This document shows, piece after piece, positions 39,020 to 51,313 of a stretch of DNA of 64,000 nt. Position 1 is the stretch's first letter. Every line of letters starts with the position of its first letter. The notes under the pieces were generated by a model. That model worked only from the letters and a program-made list of their open reading frames with translations, was not told the DNA's origin and did not search any database. The translations under genes were made by a program, and so were the position numbers. This DNA is from Raillietiella orientalis (Eukaryota): NCBI GenBank assembly GCA_036172245.1, contig JAYWIR010000002.1, positions 4,216,001 to 4,280,000 of the forward strand, read 5' to 3'.

Positions 39020-40452
39020 GTAAGCGACCTCCCTATCATCCCCGGGGAAAAGCTTCCCCCCCTTCCTGCCTCCCTTCTCTCCCCTCCCCCCCACTCCCGT
39101 TCTTCCCGTGACCCGCGGATGCAGCGACGTTGCCCGTGGCTTTCGGTAGGAAATGGTCGACGTCTTCTCGAGCTCTCCCTCTGGGAACGCTCGTTCTGAG
39201 AGGATGGAGGCGTCTCTCTTCCCTCGCCCTCACTCCCTCCTCCGGGCTTCCATAGCGACTCGCTTGGGCGCGCGCTCGGTCTCTCCGGAGGCACCCCGGA
39301 GGCGTCCCTCTCCTTTGCCGCTTCCCCCGTCTCCCCCGACGCGAAAAGAGCTGCAAGTATGGACACGCCCTAGGGTCTCTCCCGAGTTCGCCGGGTCCCT
39401 TGCTTAGGAGTGTTCTGGGACACGGCGCGACTTCTCCGGGCAGCCTAAGCCGTCGGAGATGACCATACCGGGAAAGGAGGATGGAAATGGGCACTCGGAC
39501 TGGCCGGTCCTGGTGCCGCCACCCGTCCGTTCCTGCTCCAACAGGAAGCCGTCGCGCGAGCTTCGTTCTCCCCCTTTCTCTTCCAACGCCCCCTCGTGCT
39601 TCGCGGACGACACCCTCCTTCCGCCCCGGAATGCGCCCCTCCTCCCGAGGAGACAGCCCTCGACGCCCTTCGAACGTCACGCAGGAAGGGCGAGCGGGGA
39701 TCCAAGGTCCTTTCTGGACTCTCACACTGTCTCCGAGAGGCTCCCACGCGACCGAGGGCGAGACTCCAGGGACCCGGAAGGCGCGCGCAGCCCCCGAGGC
39801 GCTCTTGGCAACTCGCGGCACCTGGCAACCTTGAGATTCCCGTCCCTCCTCTTCCAGTGGATGTCCGAGGGAATCCCCGCCCTGAGGCTGGGTCGGACTC
39901 CAGCGCCAGGTGGACCGATTCGGCACCACAGCGGGGTCAGCGTGCCGGCCTCCGATCGCGGCGGCTCCGTTGCCAGCGGCGACGACGACCGCGTCGTCGG
40001 GGAACCACGGAAAAGCGGGAGCACTTCGGTTGCCTGCCGGGAAGCGCCAGGGCGGAAGGAAAGGAAGCGGCGGCGGCGGAGGAGGTGGGGGGTGCGGGTT
40101 GGAACGTGCGGACCGCCGGCGCCCGGCGCCCCGGGCTGACTGCCAGGGAGCGCCGTGCAGGAAAGAGGAAAGCGATTCGAAGTCCCTGGGATCGCATCCA
40201 AGGGGCGGGAGTGAGACCCTCCTCCCACTCCTCGGTACTCGTGAGCGTGCGCAGGGAGGGAAACGGGCTGTTGGCGCGTGCTCACGACCGTGCCGCGAGG
40301 GTTCTGCTCCTCCCCCTCGGAGACCCTCACCCCCATCCACCACGACATTCCGCGCATATCCCCCAGAGGAGGGGAGGGGGAGGAAGCAGAAGGGGCCGCT
40401 CGCGTCCCTGGAGGCCGCGCCAACCTACGACTGACTCCCGCCTGTGTTCCAG

Positions 40453-40516
40453 GGGAACTTCAGCCACTCCCCGACCAAGCCGACCTTCATCACCGTGCAC
40501 AACATCGGCTGCAACT
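40453..40516 (+). CDS. NDRG-family gene exon 3
   Basis: TTCCAG|; GNFSHSPTKPTFITVHNIGCN (NDRG TxHDxGxN motif); |GTGAGT, phase 1. Confidence 0.9.
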
Positions 40517-40785
40517 GTGAGTACGGCGCCCCCGCCCCGACCGCCGCTGCGCTTCCCCTCCCCCTCTTCCTCTTAACCCGCTGCAGAGGTTCGCACCCCA
40601 GGGGCGAACTCCCGCCGTGAGAGCGCGCGCTTCCTGGGAGAGGAAAGGTTGTTTGGGCGGCAGGAACCTGCCGGAAGCGAGGGACGGGGAGGGAGGGGGG
40701 AGGGGAAGGGAAGGGGGTACCGAGGAACCCGGTCATTCGGGCACCGCTTGCACCCAGCGCGCGAAGGTCCCTGCACTCGCGTCCC

Positions 40786-41636
40786 GTTCAGCATCCCGAA
40801 CGATCATGAAAAGTAAACACGTAGGCTTATTCTACGTAAATTAATATACAAATCTGTTTTAACATGCACAGCTATTCATATTTATTGACATACGTATTAT
40901 CAACAGTAATATTATTGAAACAGATATATTTATTAAGATTTAGTGACATGCATTTAATTAACACAATACGTTGCTGATTATATTGTTGATATATGTATTA
41001 AAGATTACGAAAAACAAATACACATGCTTATTATACGTATTCATATACATATATTCATACACAGATAGATAGATAGATATCTGTGGGTATATATATATGT
41101 ACATATTTATATTCATATACATATATATTTATATTATGTATAAATATTGATGTTTATGATAAGCATATGTATTTATGCGTTATAATCTTGATGATGTATA
41201 TTGATTTATATATTAATCTGTATACAAATATATATATCTTTCTATAAATGTAATCTCTGATATGTACCAGAAACTTACGAATTCGATTAATAAAATGCAT
41301 GTCGCTGAATCTTAATAGATATATCTGTTCCAATAATATTACAGTCAATAACGTGGATGTTAATAAATATGAATAGCTAAGCAGTAGATTATTTCCCAAT
41401 GGTAGAAAATCTACAAGAGTGCCAGAAATAACGTATTCTGAAATAACAATAATTCGGTTATATCAGCAATCTAGATATGGAAACTTTATTTTGCATACGT
41501 TACTCAAGGTTGCCACATAAGTCAGATTTTAATCCCACACTATCTTCGTATGATAGATATCAAAATAAATTTGCATATTAATCTGTGTAGAATAAGCCTA
41601 CTTGTTTGTTTTTCATGATCCTTCGGGATTTTGATA
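40786..41636. mobile_element. AT-rich foldback/MITE-like element, copy 2 (intronic)
   Basis: About 70-bp TIRs of the same family; 41150-41380 is the reverse complement of the left arm; ~175-bp insert in the right arm. Confidence 0.85.
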
Positions 41637-42342
41637 GGCATCCTCTTTATCCCTTCCCCCTTTCCTTAAGGGCGGCTGCCGCGCATTCCGCAGTCGCCAC
41701 CGCCTGTCTACCTTGAGGATCCTCTGGAGCTCTGGAGATCGAGGGTGCTGCCCCAGCGGTCTCGTTGGCCTGGGGATAGCCTCCTCCCGCTGACGCGAGA
41801 GGGCTCTCCCTGTGCATCCTGTCCCTGGGGAGCGGATGCGGTCACGCCTTCGTCGTTCGCGTTGCCCACGACGCCACTTGGGGCCTATCCCCGAAAAAAG
41901 AGCGTGGTGGAAGACGGTCGGGAAGGATCCATGCGTGCTCCCCCTCTACTTGTTCCGGGCTCTGGCCGAGAGGTGGAGAAGGGAGTGGGCTCGAGCGATT
42001 TCGATTTTTTCGGAGCCGGGAAGGCTCCCAGGACCCGTCCTCCTGGACGCCTTCGGGAGAATGGATGGATGCTCTCTCCTCCACCGGTCCCTTGAAATCG
42101 TTGACAGTTCGCCCGCATCCCTTCTGCATCCCTACACCTGGAGGAAGAGCAGGCATCGTTGCCGCGGCAGCCAGGTGCTGCTTGGGTGTGGGATGAGGGG
42201 CAGTTGGCACAGCAAAGGGAGAGGAGGAAGAGGAAAAGCGTGAAACGCCACCACTCTACTTCTCCCCCCTTGTCTTCCTCCCGCTCTGCTACCCCCCTCG
42301 GGATCTCTCCCTACTTGAGATCTGTTGTTGCTGTCCTCGCAG

Positions 42343-42460
42343 ATACCTCGTTCGTCCACTTCGTGGACCACCCTTGCATGGAGGAAGTCAAGAAGAAATC
42401 CCTGTTCATCCACGTGAACGTCCCGGGTCAAGAGGAGAACGCGCCGGACCTGCCTGAGCA
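42343..42460 (+). CDS. NDRG-family gene exon 4
   Basis: (Y)TSFVHFVDHPCMEEVKKKSLFIHVNVPGQEENAPDLPE (HVxxPGQE motif); GT-AG, phase 1 to 2. Confidence 0.92.
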
Positions 42461-42670
42461 GTGAGCTGGGGGAGGGGATCCCAACCATGACGGGGATGGG
42501 TGGGGAGGGGGAAAGAAGGGGTGACGGCAGGAGACAGGGACCTCGTCCCTCCCTCTCCATTCCTCCCTGGCTTTCGCCCTGACCCGCACGTGGGCCGCGG
42601 TCTTCAGAGGAGAGCGAGGCTCGCGCGGGAGACAAGGGGTGGAGCGAGCTACCTTCCCTCTTTCTTGCAG

Positions 42671-42881
42671 CTACAAGTTTCCCACCCTCCAGCAGCTTGC
42701 CGTCGATCTGGTCACCGTCCTCGATGTCCTGCAGGTCAAGTGCGTGCTGGGTCTGGGGGAAGGAGCGGGAGCGAACGTCCTGCTACGCTTCGCCTTGTCG
42801 TTCCCTGACCGCGTCATGGGACTCGTTCTCCTGGACTGCACCTCGACGGTGGCTGGTTGGATCGAAACGTTCAAGGACAAG
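42671..42881 (+). CDS. NDRG-family gene exon 5
   Basis: YKFPTLQQLAVDLVTVLDVLQVKCVLGLGEGAGANVLLRFALSFPDRVMGLVLLDCT...WIETFKDK; hallmark GxGAGAN; GT-AG. Confidence 0.95.
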
Positions 42882-44928
42882 GTGAGCCCTGGCTGCGTCG
42901 GCCGGGAAGGGGCGGGGAAGAAGGGAAAGGTGAGGGTGAGGGAAGAGGACGATGACGCGGGCGAGGACATCTCATGTGCCCGTGGACTCACTCCGACGAC
43001 TGGAGAGAAAACACAGGAGACATGGGGAGCGAGAAGTGCCTGGAGAAGGCAAGGCACGCTATTCGCCGCAGGGCTCCGGGGCGAGCCACCAGCCCCCTTG
43101 GAAACGCGGTCGCGAAGGACGCCTCGAAACACTGTTGACGAGAAGCTCGGTGCGGCGCGAAGGGCTCCCCTAAGAGCACTGTTGACAGGAGATGACTCCT
43201 TGTCCTGCCGTCAACGATCGTGGCGCTGAGAAAGGAAAGGCAGATTTTGGGGGGATCCAGAATTCTGGACGGCTTGTCGCGTCGTCGTCGGGGACAGCCC
43301 TGCGTCTTTCAGTCCGTGTAACCGTGGTGGTTTCGGTAGCGCCCGAGAAGCACCGCAGAACCCTCTGCCGTCTTTCCCCGCTCTCTACTTCCATATTTTC
43401 CTCCGTTGCCAGGCACCAGATGTCGTTTGTTTCGGGATCAAGGGGTAACAGCGGATTCGACGGAAGTTCTTTTTTGGAGCCGCGCGGACGATCCGGCGGA
43501 GGAGTCATCGACGCGGTGATGATGACCTCGGGCAAGAGAGCAGTGGCGGAATGCATTCCACGGAAGTGGAATGCATCCGTACCCTACGCCCCGACTCTTT
43601 TTTTCCTTCCCTTTGCCTTGCTCTTCATCCTCCCGACAAGGGGAGTATCCCGCCCAGATCCGACTCGCCGAAGACGAACACACTGGAGGAGGCAGTCGTC
43701 GGCGGCGAGCTGGAACACTCAGCACCAAGTTGAGAAGTCTTCTTTCTTGTCCCTTGAGAACAAGCCCCTCGGGAACAACCCCTCTGGACAGAGCAGGAGC
43801 GGCGACGGACTTCGGAGCGCTTCGCGTTTGCAGATGTCTGACCCTGCCTCTCCTCCCCCCATCCTCTGAAAGGAAACCGCGAGACTTACCCTGACCGAAG
43901 GTCATGGGCCACCGTTTTTCAGTTGAATCACTCAAAAATTTTCAGAGGGAATCGCTGCAGTGGCTCAGGAAGACACAGTCGGGGGCGAGGAAAAGGATCG
44001 TGGAGGAACGGAGGGCGCCGCCTGACCCTTGACCCGTTTCCACCGCTCTTCTCGCCGCGTTCTGGCGGCGACCACCGCCGCGAAACTCGCCCTCCGGTGA
44101 TGGCACGAAAGTCGCCTCCTCCAAGAAATCCGAAGGCCGAGCGCATCCAGGTTTCTACTCGGGAGAGCAAAAGGAGTGGAAAGAGACTGGCATGCGGGCG
44201 CGCAGGCACCGTTCCTTCCCGAGCAAACCTCTCACGGTCTCCCTCAAGCGCTTGCTCGAGAGCGGGACTTCCCGAGGGGCTTACCGCCTTCACCACTGGT
44301 CGAGAGGGCACGGGATGGCCGAAGATCCCCCACCAGCGACGAGGGAACGACCATGAGCTCTCTATTCTCAGCCCTCCTACGCCGATAACGAAACACTTTT
44401 CTTCCTTTCCTCACTCTCCTTCCCCTCTTGGAGCAGCTCCGACCCCGACCCTCGAGACCCCAGATTTCGACTTGGGAAAGAAACAACGGGTCCAACCGGA
44501 GAGCGAACCGCGCGGGAAGCCCTGGACAATCGTGGGACATTCCCGACGAGGAAGGAATTTCTCTCCCGTGAGCGGATACGGAGAACGAAAGGAGGAGGGT
44601 AAGGCGGATGCTGAGGTCGATGCCCATACACGACACCCGCATCTCATGGAGGAAGCTCGTGGGTGGGCGAGCAGGGTGCGGCGCAGCGCATGTGCTGCTG
44701 GCGCTTTCTGGATGGTAGACAGATCCTCCAGGAAAGAATGCGTACCCGCGTTTTGGAAACCATCTCCCTCTCTCTGATTCCTAGGGGAGGAATTATCACA
44801 TTGAAACGCGGTGTGATCTGCAACAAAAGAAAAGAAAGAAAAAAAAAAAAAGAGAATTTCCCTCCCGCCCTCCTCTCCAGCCATCATAGCTGTGTTTTCC
44901 AGACATTTCTAACGATCTGTTTTCGTAG

Positions 44929-45006
44929 TTCATGAACTGGAAGCTGAGCAGCGTTGGCATGAACCACACAGCGGAGAGCTATTTACTCTTCCATCGCTTT
45001 GGATAC
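44929..45006 (+). CDS. NDRG-family gene exon 6
   Basis: TTCGTAG|; FMNWKLSSVGMNHTAESYLLFHRFGY; |GTAAGT. Confidence 0.9.
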
Positions 45007-45104
45007 GTAAGTAACAACCAGCCACTGCTTTCCAATTAAGTAAATTGAGTACCTCCGGCTTCAGTGGACGAAGCAATTTGATGCGCTTTCATACCTCGGT
45101 GCTT

Positions 45105-45200
45105 ATATGTGTGTGCGTATGTATATATGTATATGTATATATATACACATCTATGAAGCGGTACAGAAGCAATATATGCATATGTATACATATACATGTA
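45105..45200. repeat. (TA)n/(TG)n/(TATG)n compound microsatellite
   Basis: TATATGTGTGTGCGTATGTATATATGTATATG...TATGTATACATATACATGTA. Confidence 0.7.
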
Positions 45201-45240
45201 TAGCAACTCGACCTTTTGGCTAAGATCAAAGTGGAATAGC
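45200..45240 (+). pseudogene. U2: 3'-truncated U2 snRNA fragment (first ~34-41 nt)
   Basis: ATAGCAACTCGACCTTTTGGCTAAGATCAAAGTGGAATAGC versus recalled U2 5' end ATCGCTTCTCGGCCTTTTGGCTAAGATCAAAGTGTAGTATC: 34/41 matches including a 22-nt perfect block; no downstream U2 sequence. Confidence 0.85.
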
Positions 45241-48200
45241 TTGGAATAGTTACCAAGTGCGTCGTACGTGGCCTCTACGTAGGGATGTGTACAAAAAGCG
45301 AGCGTGCTGCATCTCTCTGTGTGTGCAGGGACGCGCTATTACGCGCTTAAAATATCCATTGCTCAAATCCTCGCTCAAATATTTTTTTGCAATACTTCAC
45401 ACTTCCTATTCTTATCTCTTAAAAGGTTCCCCCCAGCCTCCCCCCCCCTCCCCCCAACTACATACGCGTTTATGGCGTATTTTGAAGATTCACTCTGAGA
45501 TGGTGGAATGGGAAGACTCGTCGGCTGCTTAGAAAGGCAGAGAGAGAGAGAGATTTCGTCGAAATCGATATTTTTCCCCGCGGCACAACGAAAGCACATC
45601 TTCGGATCTTCAGATGGTTCTAGGCCTTGGATCGTATCGAAAATGGAGCGAGACGGGGGGGGGGGGCCTCGAGCGTGTTTATAAATACCCGCGACAATAT
45701 CTCAACGGTAGCCTCGTAGGTTTCGGGATGCGCTCTCGCTCCCATGGGAACGCGATACGCGGCTCGACTTTCGACCCATCCTCACCTTCTTGCTCCGAGG
45801 GCAATCTAGCGCCAATCTTGTCTGAGGGCTCCTCCGACGAAATGCATGCTCGTTTTCCCTTTCGTTCCGGCTACTCCCCGTTCCCTGTTGCGTCCATCTT
45901 TCCTTCGTCCTCTCCTGCTGGACTCTCCGGACGGGAAAGGAGGGTCGCGGGGAACGTTTACGTCGCATCAGGGCGCGGTCTGCTGCAGAAAATGCGCCGA
46001 GGGTCACACAAGTTAGCCGCTGCAAGCGAAAATTTCTCCAGCTGAAAATTCACGATGGCGCTTTCTTTATTTATACATATTCGTATGTGTTCTTTCCCTT
46101 CCGTGGCATGAATTCCCGCTGCACGAACGCCCTCCCCATCCCACCGGTCCAACAACGGAGTAAGTCATCGCACTCATAGTCGCAGCTGCCGAAGACAACC
46201 TGAAAAGAGGATGAATAAATGAGGAAAACAAATTCATTTTGTGAAACAAACAATTACATCCATAAAGCATCGCACGGAGCAGTTGCAGGGGGGGCGGGGG
46301 AGCGGAAAGGTTGGGGGAGCTTTCCCCGATGTCCTTTCTCCGAAACAGTTTTCGAGGTTTTGCGTTTATTTGGTCGTCCACCGTCTGTGTGCTCAAGTGG
46401 GTTAGACAAAATGGCTGGCTGTTGAAAGTTTGCCTTTTTTTTTTATGGTTGCAGAAACAGAAAAGTCACGACATCTGTTTATTATGTACGATAGTTCACC
46501 AAGTAATAATCAATTGATCAAAATCATGTAATCAAATGCAGTAATTTCGATTTTTAATGAGACAAAAACGATCTTTTCTGAAAATAAATAAATCAGATGC
46601 TATAGAACTTTTTGAAATTTACACTAATAATCATAAGCCTTCCACAAATCCTATCCCTATTCTCCAGCCCAAATCCATTTCCATTATCATTTATTAAAAT
46701 GTAAAAATAGCTTTTCCTTCTTCCCCGGAGCGCATGCTCCAATGAAATACTAATGTAGCAAATAATATAAAATACTAATTTGTCTTAATAAATCCTTATT
46801 CGAGATTCTGTATTTGTCTTTCCTGAGCAACCTTGTTTGTACCGGAACAGGACTGGGGACCGTCAATGAGGAGCCCATGAGGAGTTGCTTGCGAGAATTG
46901 GGTCTACTCCTATTTGTAGGTTTTTCATCGAAAGTCATTTTCGGGAAAGCGCTCTCACCGACATGTGGTGGCTCCGAACAGAACACTCACTTTCAGGGCT
47001 TTTTGTCAAGGGGGCACTTTCCTGTGAGGGAACCGTATTTATTCCCAAGGGAATCGTCAGCTTGTCCATCAGTTCACTGGAGCTGAAAATTCAATGGGTC
47101 CATCTCTGCTTGCAGCCAGTTTGCAACAGAAACCAATCGCGCTCCCATAATCGCTGTTATTTAACACTCGGAATCTATTTGCAAGCTTCTTTTCTAAGCT
47201 TCTCAACGTTTCGTTTCATACTCCACATCACATGTCGGATCCATCGATTGCAGCCTGGGAAGGGCGAGTTAAGCCGCCTCCGGGATGCAACTTTGCCCGG
47301 TTGCCGTTTTGTGTGAGCTGGAGTCAACAGGGAGAGTTCGTTGATTCACTGCTTAGGGAACGCCAAGTTCGAGATCCAATTCCGTTAAATGCACGGCTGA
47401 CATCTAAGAAATGGCGGCTCACAAAACTAAGCACTCTCTTCCGCCTCGAAGACCGGATCGCGTCTCCTGCCCGCAAACGACTTGATCTCGCCGAGTTTCC
47501 AGGAGCTCTCCGACGTTTTGCCTCCTCTGAGCCACCGAGCAGGGGGGGAGCGACTTGGCACCCCCCCCCGATGCGGAGACGGAGCCGCTGCCAACGGCCA
47601 CGGCTGCGACCGCGGGTTTTGGTGGAATTCACGCTTACCTCCTTACTCTGGCTGGATCGGTACGGGCCACGGGGATGCTCTTGAATTTCGACGGGAACTG
47701 GAGAGCATTCAACTCTGCAGATCAGATGCCAGCTTCCTTCTCAGCCATGTCAGGACACCTTGGTTTCTACGATCTACTTCTGACAGTGCTCTGTCTGAGT
47801 TACGTCTTCGAGTTCTCCATGTGGAAAGTTTTCGTCGGTATTGGTTTCACTCCCGTCGATGAGTCCTTTCTCCTGGTAGTGCCTCGAATGGGAATGAATC
47901 GATAAAAATCAACAGAAATCATTCAGCATGAAGCTGACAACTGAGTTGCATCCGCGCTCTCAGCTGTCTCATAAGGTGCCAAAGAGAAGAAAGCGGAATT
48001 TCAGCGCTCTTCAGTTGATCAGATCGGACTTCGTCTGGTCAGTTTTATTCCGACGTTTGCACTGAACAGATTGATGGTTGCGAACCAACTTGTCTTCGTC
48101 TGCACCCGAGATCTCGGCAGCTGCAGCCAGGCGTTCTTTGACAAGCTCCGAGCGTGGCTCAAGATGAGTGTGGTTCAACTCATCTCGCTGACTGTGTGTG

Positions 48201-48548
48201 TAGCTCGCATGCAGGAATCTCGTGATTCGCAATCTGAAGTTCCCATCAAGCGGGCAGCGGCTGCAGCTTCGGAGTTGATGATCCCAAACTACTCTCGTGT
48301 GCCGATCTGCAATGGCGAGGTTGTTTTTTTTTTTTTTTTTTTTGTTTGTTTTTTTTGTTCGAATCCTTTGCGTATCTCTGCGTCTCGTTCTTCGCAGCTG
48401 CTGTAGCTCCAGGTTGGCTGAGACGTGCAGCAGCCTCGCCCTCTGAAGAAATTTCCCCGGTCCAAGCAGACTTCAACTCCCGGTGCCTGCTGCGTCATTT
48501 TAACTTTCGTGCTTTTGCGAGGTCCGTGGACAAAGGTCACAATCCAAA

Positions 48549-49203
48549 CAGCGGCATGCCGAGCGACCGTGAAAAGATAAACATGTGAGCTTATTCTGCA
48601 CAGATCAATAGGGAGGTTTTTTCTTCTTTTAACATGCATAGCTATTCATATTTACTAGCATACGTCTTATTAACAGTAATATCACCGGAACGGATATGTT
48701 TATTAAGACTGCCGATCATAGTGCTTATTTTATAAGATTTCGATTTTATTGTTGATATGTACATTAAATACTGTAGAAAATAAATTAATTTGCTTATTGT
48801 ATGTATTGATATATACATATTTACACTCTCACATACACAAATATATTTGCACATATATATTTGCATTTTTATGCTCACATTTATATTCATATGTTTATTT
48901 ACATTACCTGTAAATATTGATATATATAATAAGCATATATGTTCATTTTTCATTATTTTCATGACATGTATTAATCTGTGTATAAATATATGTATACTTC
49001 TATAAATGAAATCTCTGCTATGTGTATCAACAATGTAATCAGCAACTTATTAATTTGATTAATAAAATGCATGTTAAGAAATCTTAATAAACATATCTGC
49101 TTCAATACTATGCTTCAAAGTATGCATATTAAAATAAATGTGTATGTTGTTGATTCACGTAGAATACGTTCGTTTTTTTTTACAATCGTTCGGGATGCTG
49201 GAG
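48549..49203. mobile_element. AT-rich foldback/MITE-like element, copy 3 (intronic)
   Basis: Degenerate left TIR (GGCATGCCGAGCGACCGTGAAAAGATAAAC...GCTTATTCTGCACAGATC) and right TIR (...ATCGTTCGGGATGCTG); inverted arms. Confidence 0.8.
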
Positions 49204-49579
49204 CGGACCCCATCCGCAGACGCTGCAATCCTCTGAAAGAGAAGCAGACCCCTGGGCAAAGAACGGGAGGGGGGGGGGATGTCTTCTTACGCTGATTTTT
49301 CGGCCCGCAGACGAACCCTCCGGAAAAGGGGGACATCCTGCGCAATGGCGGAAGCGCTCAGTGTCCTCAAAGGTGAACAGCGGTTTACCTTCGGGTGTGT
49401 GGCTCACTGCGACACCAGAGAGCCTCTTTGAGAGGATACTTTTTTCCCAGTCCGAGCAGGGCTGCACTCAAAGACTCCTTCGGCATGGAATGGGCGGCCG
49501 CTGGTCCCTCGCATGATCGATGACCATGAGCGAACTCTTCGTTGTGTTGGCGAGAACAAACACTTGTTGGCCATTCCAG

Positions 49580-49692
49580 ATCGGGGACCAGCCGAGCCCT
49601 GCCAAGGAGAAGATGATCAAGGAATTCCTGGAGAATCTGAACAAATCCGTAAATCCGAGGAACCTGAGGCGATACGTCGAGGCGTTTCTCAA
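49580..49692 (+). CDS. NDRG-family gene exon 7
   Basis: TTCCAG|; IGDQPSPAKEKMIKEFLENLNKSVNPRNLRRYVEAFL; AA|GTGAGT, phase 2. Confidence 0.92.
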
Positions 49693-50520
49693 GTGAGTGA
49701 CTCCACCCTCCCGGCCGCTGAGAGCGAGGCCGAACCATGCGGGCAACGCCCACCGTCCTCGCCGGACGCCGAGGGCTCCCGCATCGGAGAACGAACGGGA
49801 AGGAGGTTTCCTTCCCGGGAAAGGGAGCCCCTTCTTCCGGCTGGCTGGAGAACTCGCCCCTCCGTTCCCCTCCCCCCGAACTGCTTGAATGGGATGGCGG
49901 GTTCCCATGTCTGGATGGACGGCGCAAGAGCCGCTCTCTCCTTCCGGAGACCTCCGTCGCTAGCAACCGCGAGCTAACAGATGCCTTTCCCTTGCCACCT
50001 GACCAGCTGCATCCTCCCCCAGGAAAAGGAGCGCAGGTGGGAGAAGCACCAGCCGTCCTCGCTCTCTTTCCTGGATCCTCTCTGGTTCGTCGCCCGCGCT
50101 GCCTTCTCCTCCGGGCTTGGTTCCCTGGTCCCCGTGGAATGTGACTGCTAATCCCCGGACCCTTCTTAGCCATCTTCCTCCATTCTCCAGCACAGTATGC
50201 AGCCGAAAGGGCTCACGTCACAACGCGTAACGACGAGAACGATCCTTGCTGCTGCCATCTCTCCTTCGTCTCCGCAACTTCCGTGGTTTCGTTCCTGCGG
50301 CGGCGCTCTCACCGATCGGGTCTGGAGTGCACCCCCGGCAACGCGCACTCTGCAACCGATGCACACTCTCGGCACCGTTCTTCCCGCGCGCGTGTTTGCG
50401 TGGCTCCCTCCCTCCCATGCTCCCGACATGTCTCGGTGCTCTCAGCATGCCGCGGGAAGGATCGGAATGCCAGGAAGACTAACCCCCTTTTTTTTTTCTC
50501 TCTTTTTCTCCCCTTCGTAG

Positions 50521-50692
50521 TCGGACTGACGTCACTTCACATTTACAGAACGACCTCGAGGTTGACACGCTTCTCGTTACAGGAAGTAACTCGTCCAATC
50601 AGCACGACGTGCTGACCATGTACCAGCATCTGAGCAAGCAAAGGTCGCAGCTCTTGCAAATCGAAGGGGTGGGAGACGTCCTCGAAGAAGCC
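50521..50692 (+). CDS. NDRG-family gene exon 8
   Basis: Long pyrimidine tract; (N)RTDVTSHLQNDLEVDTLLVTG...IEGVGDVLEEA; |GTAAGG. Confidence 0.92.
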
Positions 50693-51058
50693 GTAAGGAA
50701 ACGCGCCCTTCCCTCTCCTCTCGCCCTGGAGGACCTGGAAGGCCATTGGGCTCGGGGGTGATGATCCTGAGACCGCTTTCTGATCTCCCCCCCAGGCCCC
50801 AGGCTAACCGCTGATAGGCCATCCTGCTCCTTCTAAGGAAGGACCACCGCTCATCCTCGAGAGGGGCTGGCCGGAGAAGAGAGAGAGGAGGGGGAGTGAG
50901 GATTCAGAGCGATCTTCCGAACGCGGGAGGCACTCAGAGCTCTCCCTCCTCCCTCCCTTCCTGACACCGCCTTCCCCACTCTCCTCCTTTCCTCAGGGTG
51001 GGGGAGAGGGAAGGGGGGACAGGCAGCAGACACCGACCGCCCCGCTCTCTCTTTGCAG

Positions 51059-51313
51059 CCGGAGAAACTCGCTCGCAGCCTCATCCTGTTCGCCCAGGCC
51101 CAGGGGCTGCTGATCTCCGCGGATCCCAACTTCCTGGAACACCACAAGCACTCTTCTGAGAGCGTGTCCCCGGAGCCGGGGAAGGAGAGGCCGGGGAAGC
51201 CTCAGAAGCTGATGAGCATGGAGGAGTACGACCGGCCCAACATCCGCAAGTTCTCCGTGGCGGGGCGCCACCGTCAGCACTCTGGCGAGACTCTACCGGA
51301 GGAGGCGGTCTAG
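51059..51313 (+). CDS. NDRG-family gene terminal coding exon
   Basis: CTTTGCAG|; PEKLARSLILFAQAQGLL...MSMEEYDRPNIRKFS...EEAV-TAG. The nine exons total 1080 nt (359 aa + stop). Confidence 0.93.
   Translation, partial: PEKLARSLILFAQAQGLLISADPNFLEHHKHSSESVSPEPGKERPGKPQKLMSMEEYDRPNIRKFSVAGRHRQHSGETLPEEAV

Noticed and set aside
26100..40400. Numerous long overlapping ORFs (e.g. 39036-40343, 37916-39094, 26791-27915, 29607-30539)
   Set aside because: Rich in R/P/G/A/S, open on both strands, no recognisable domains; expected from stop-codon scarcity at high GC inside an intron.
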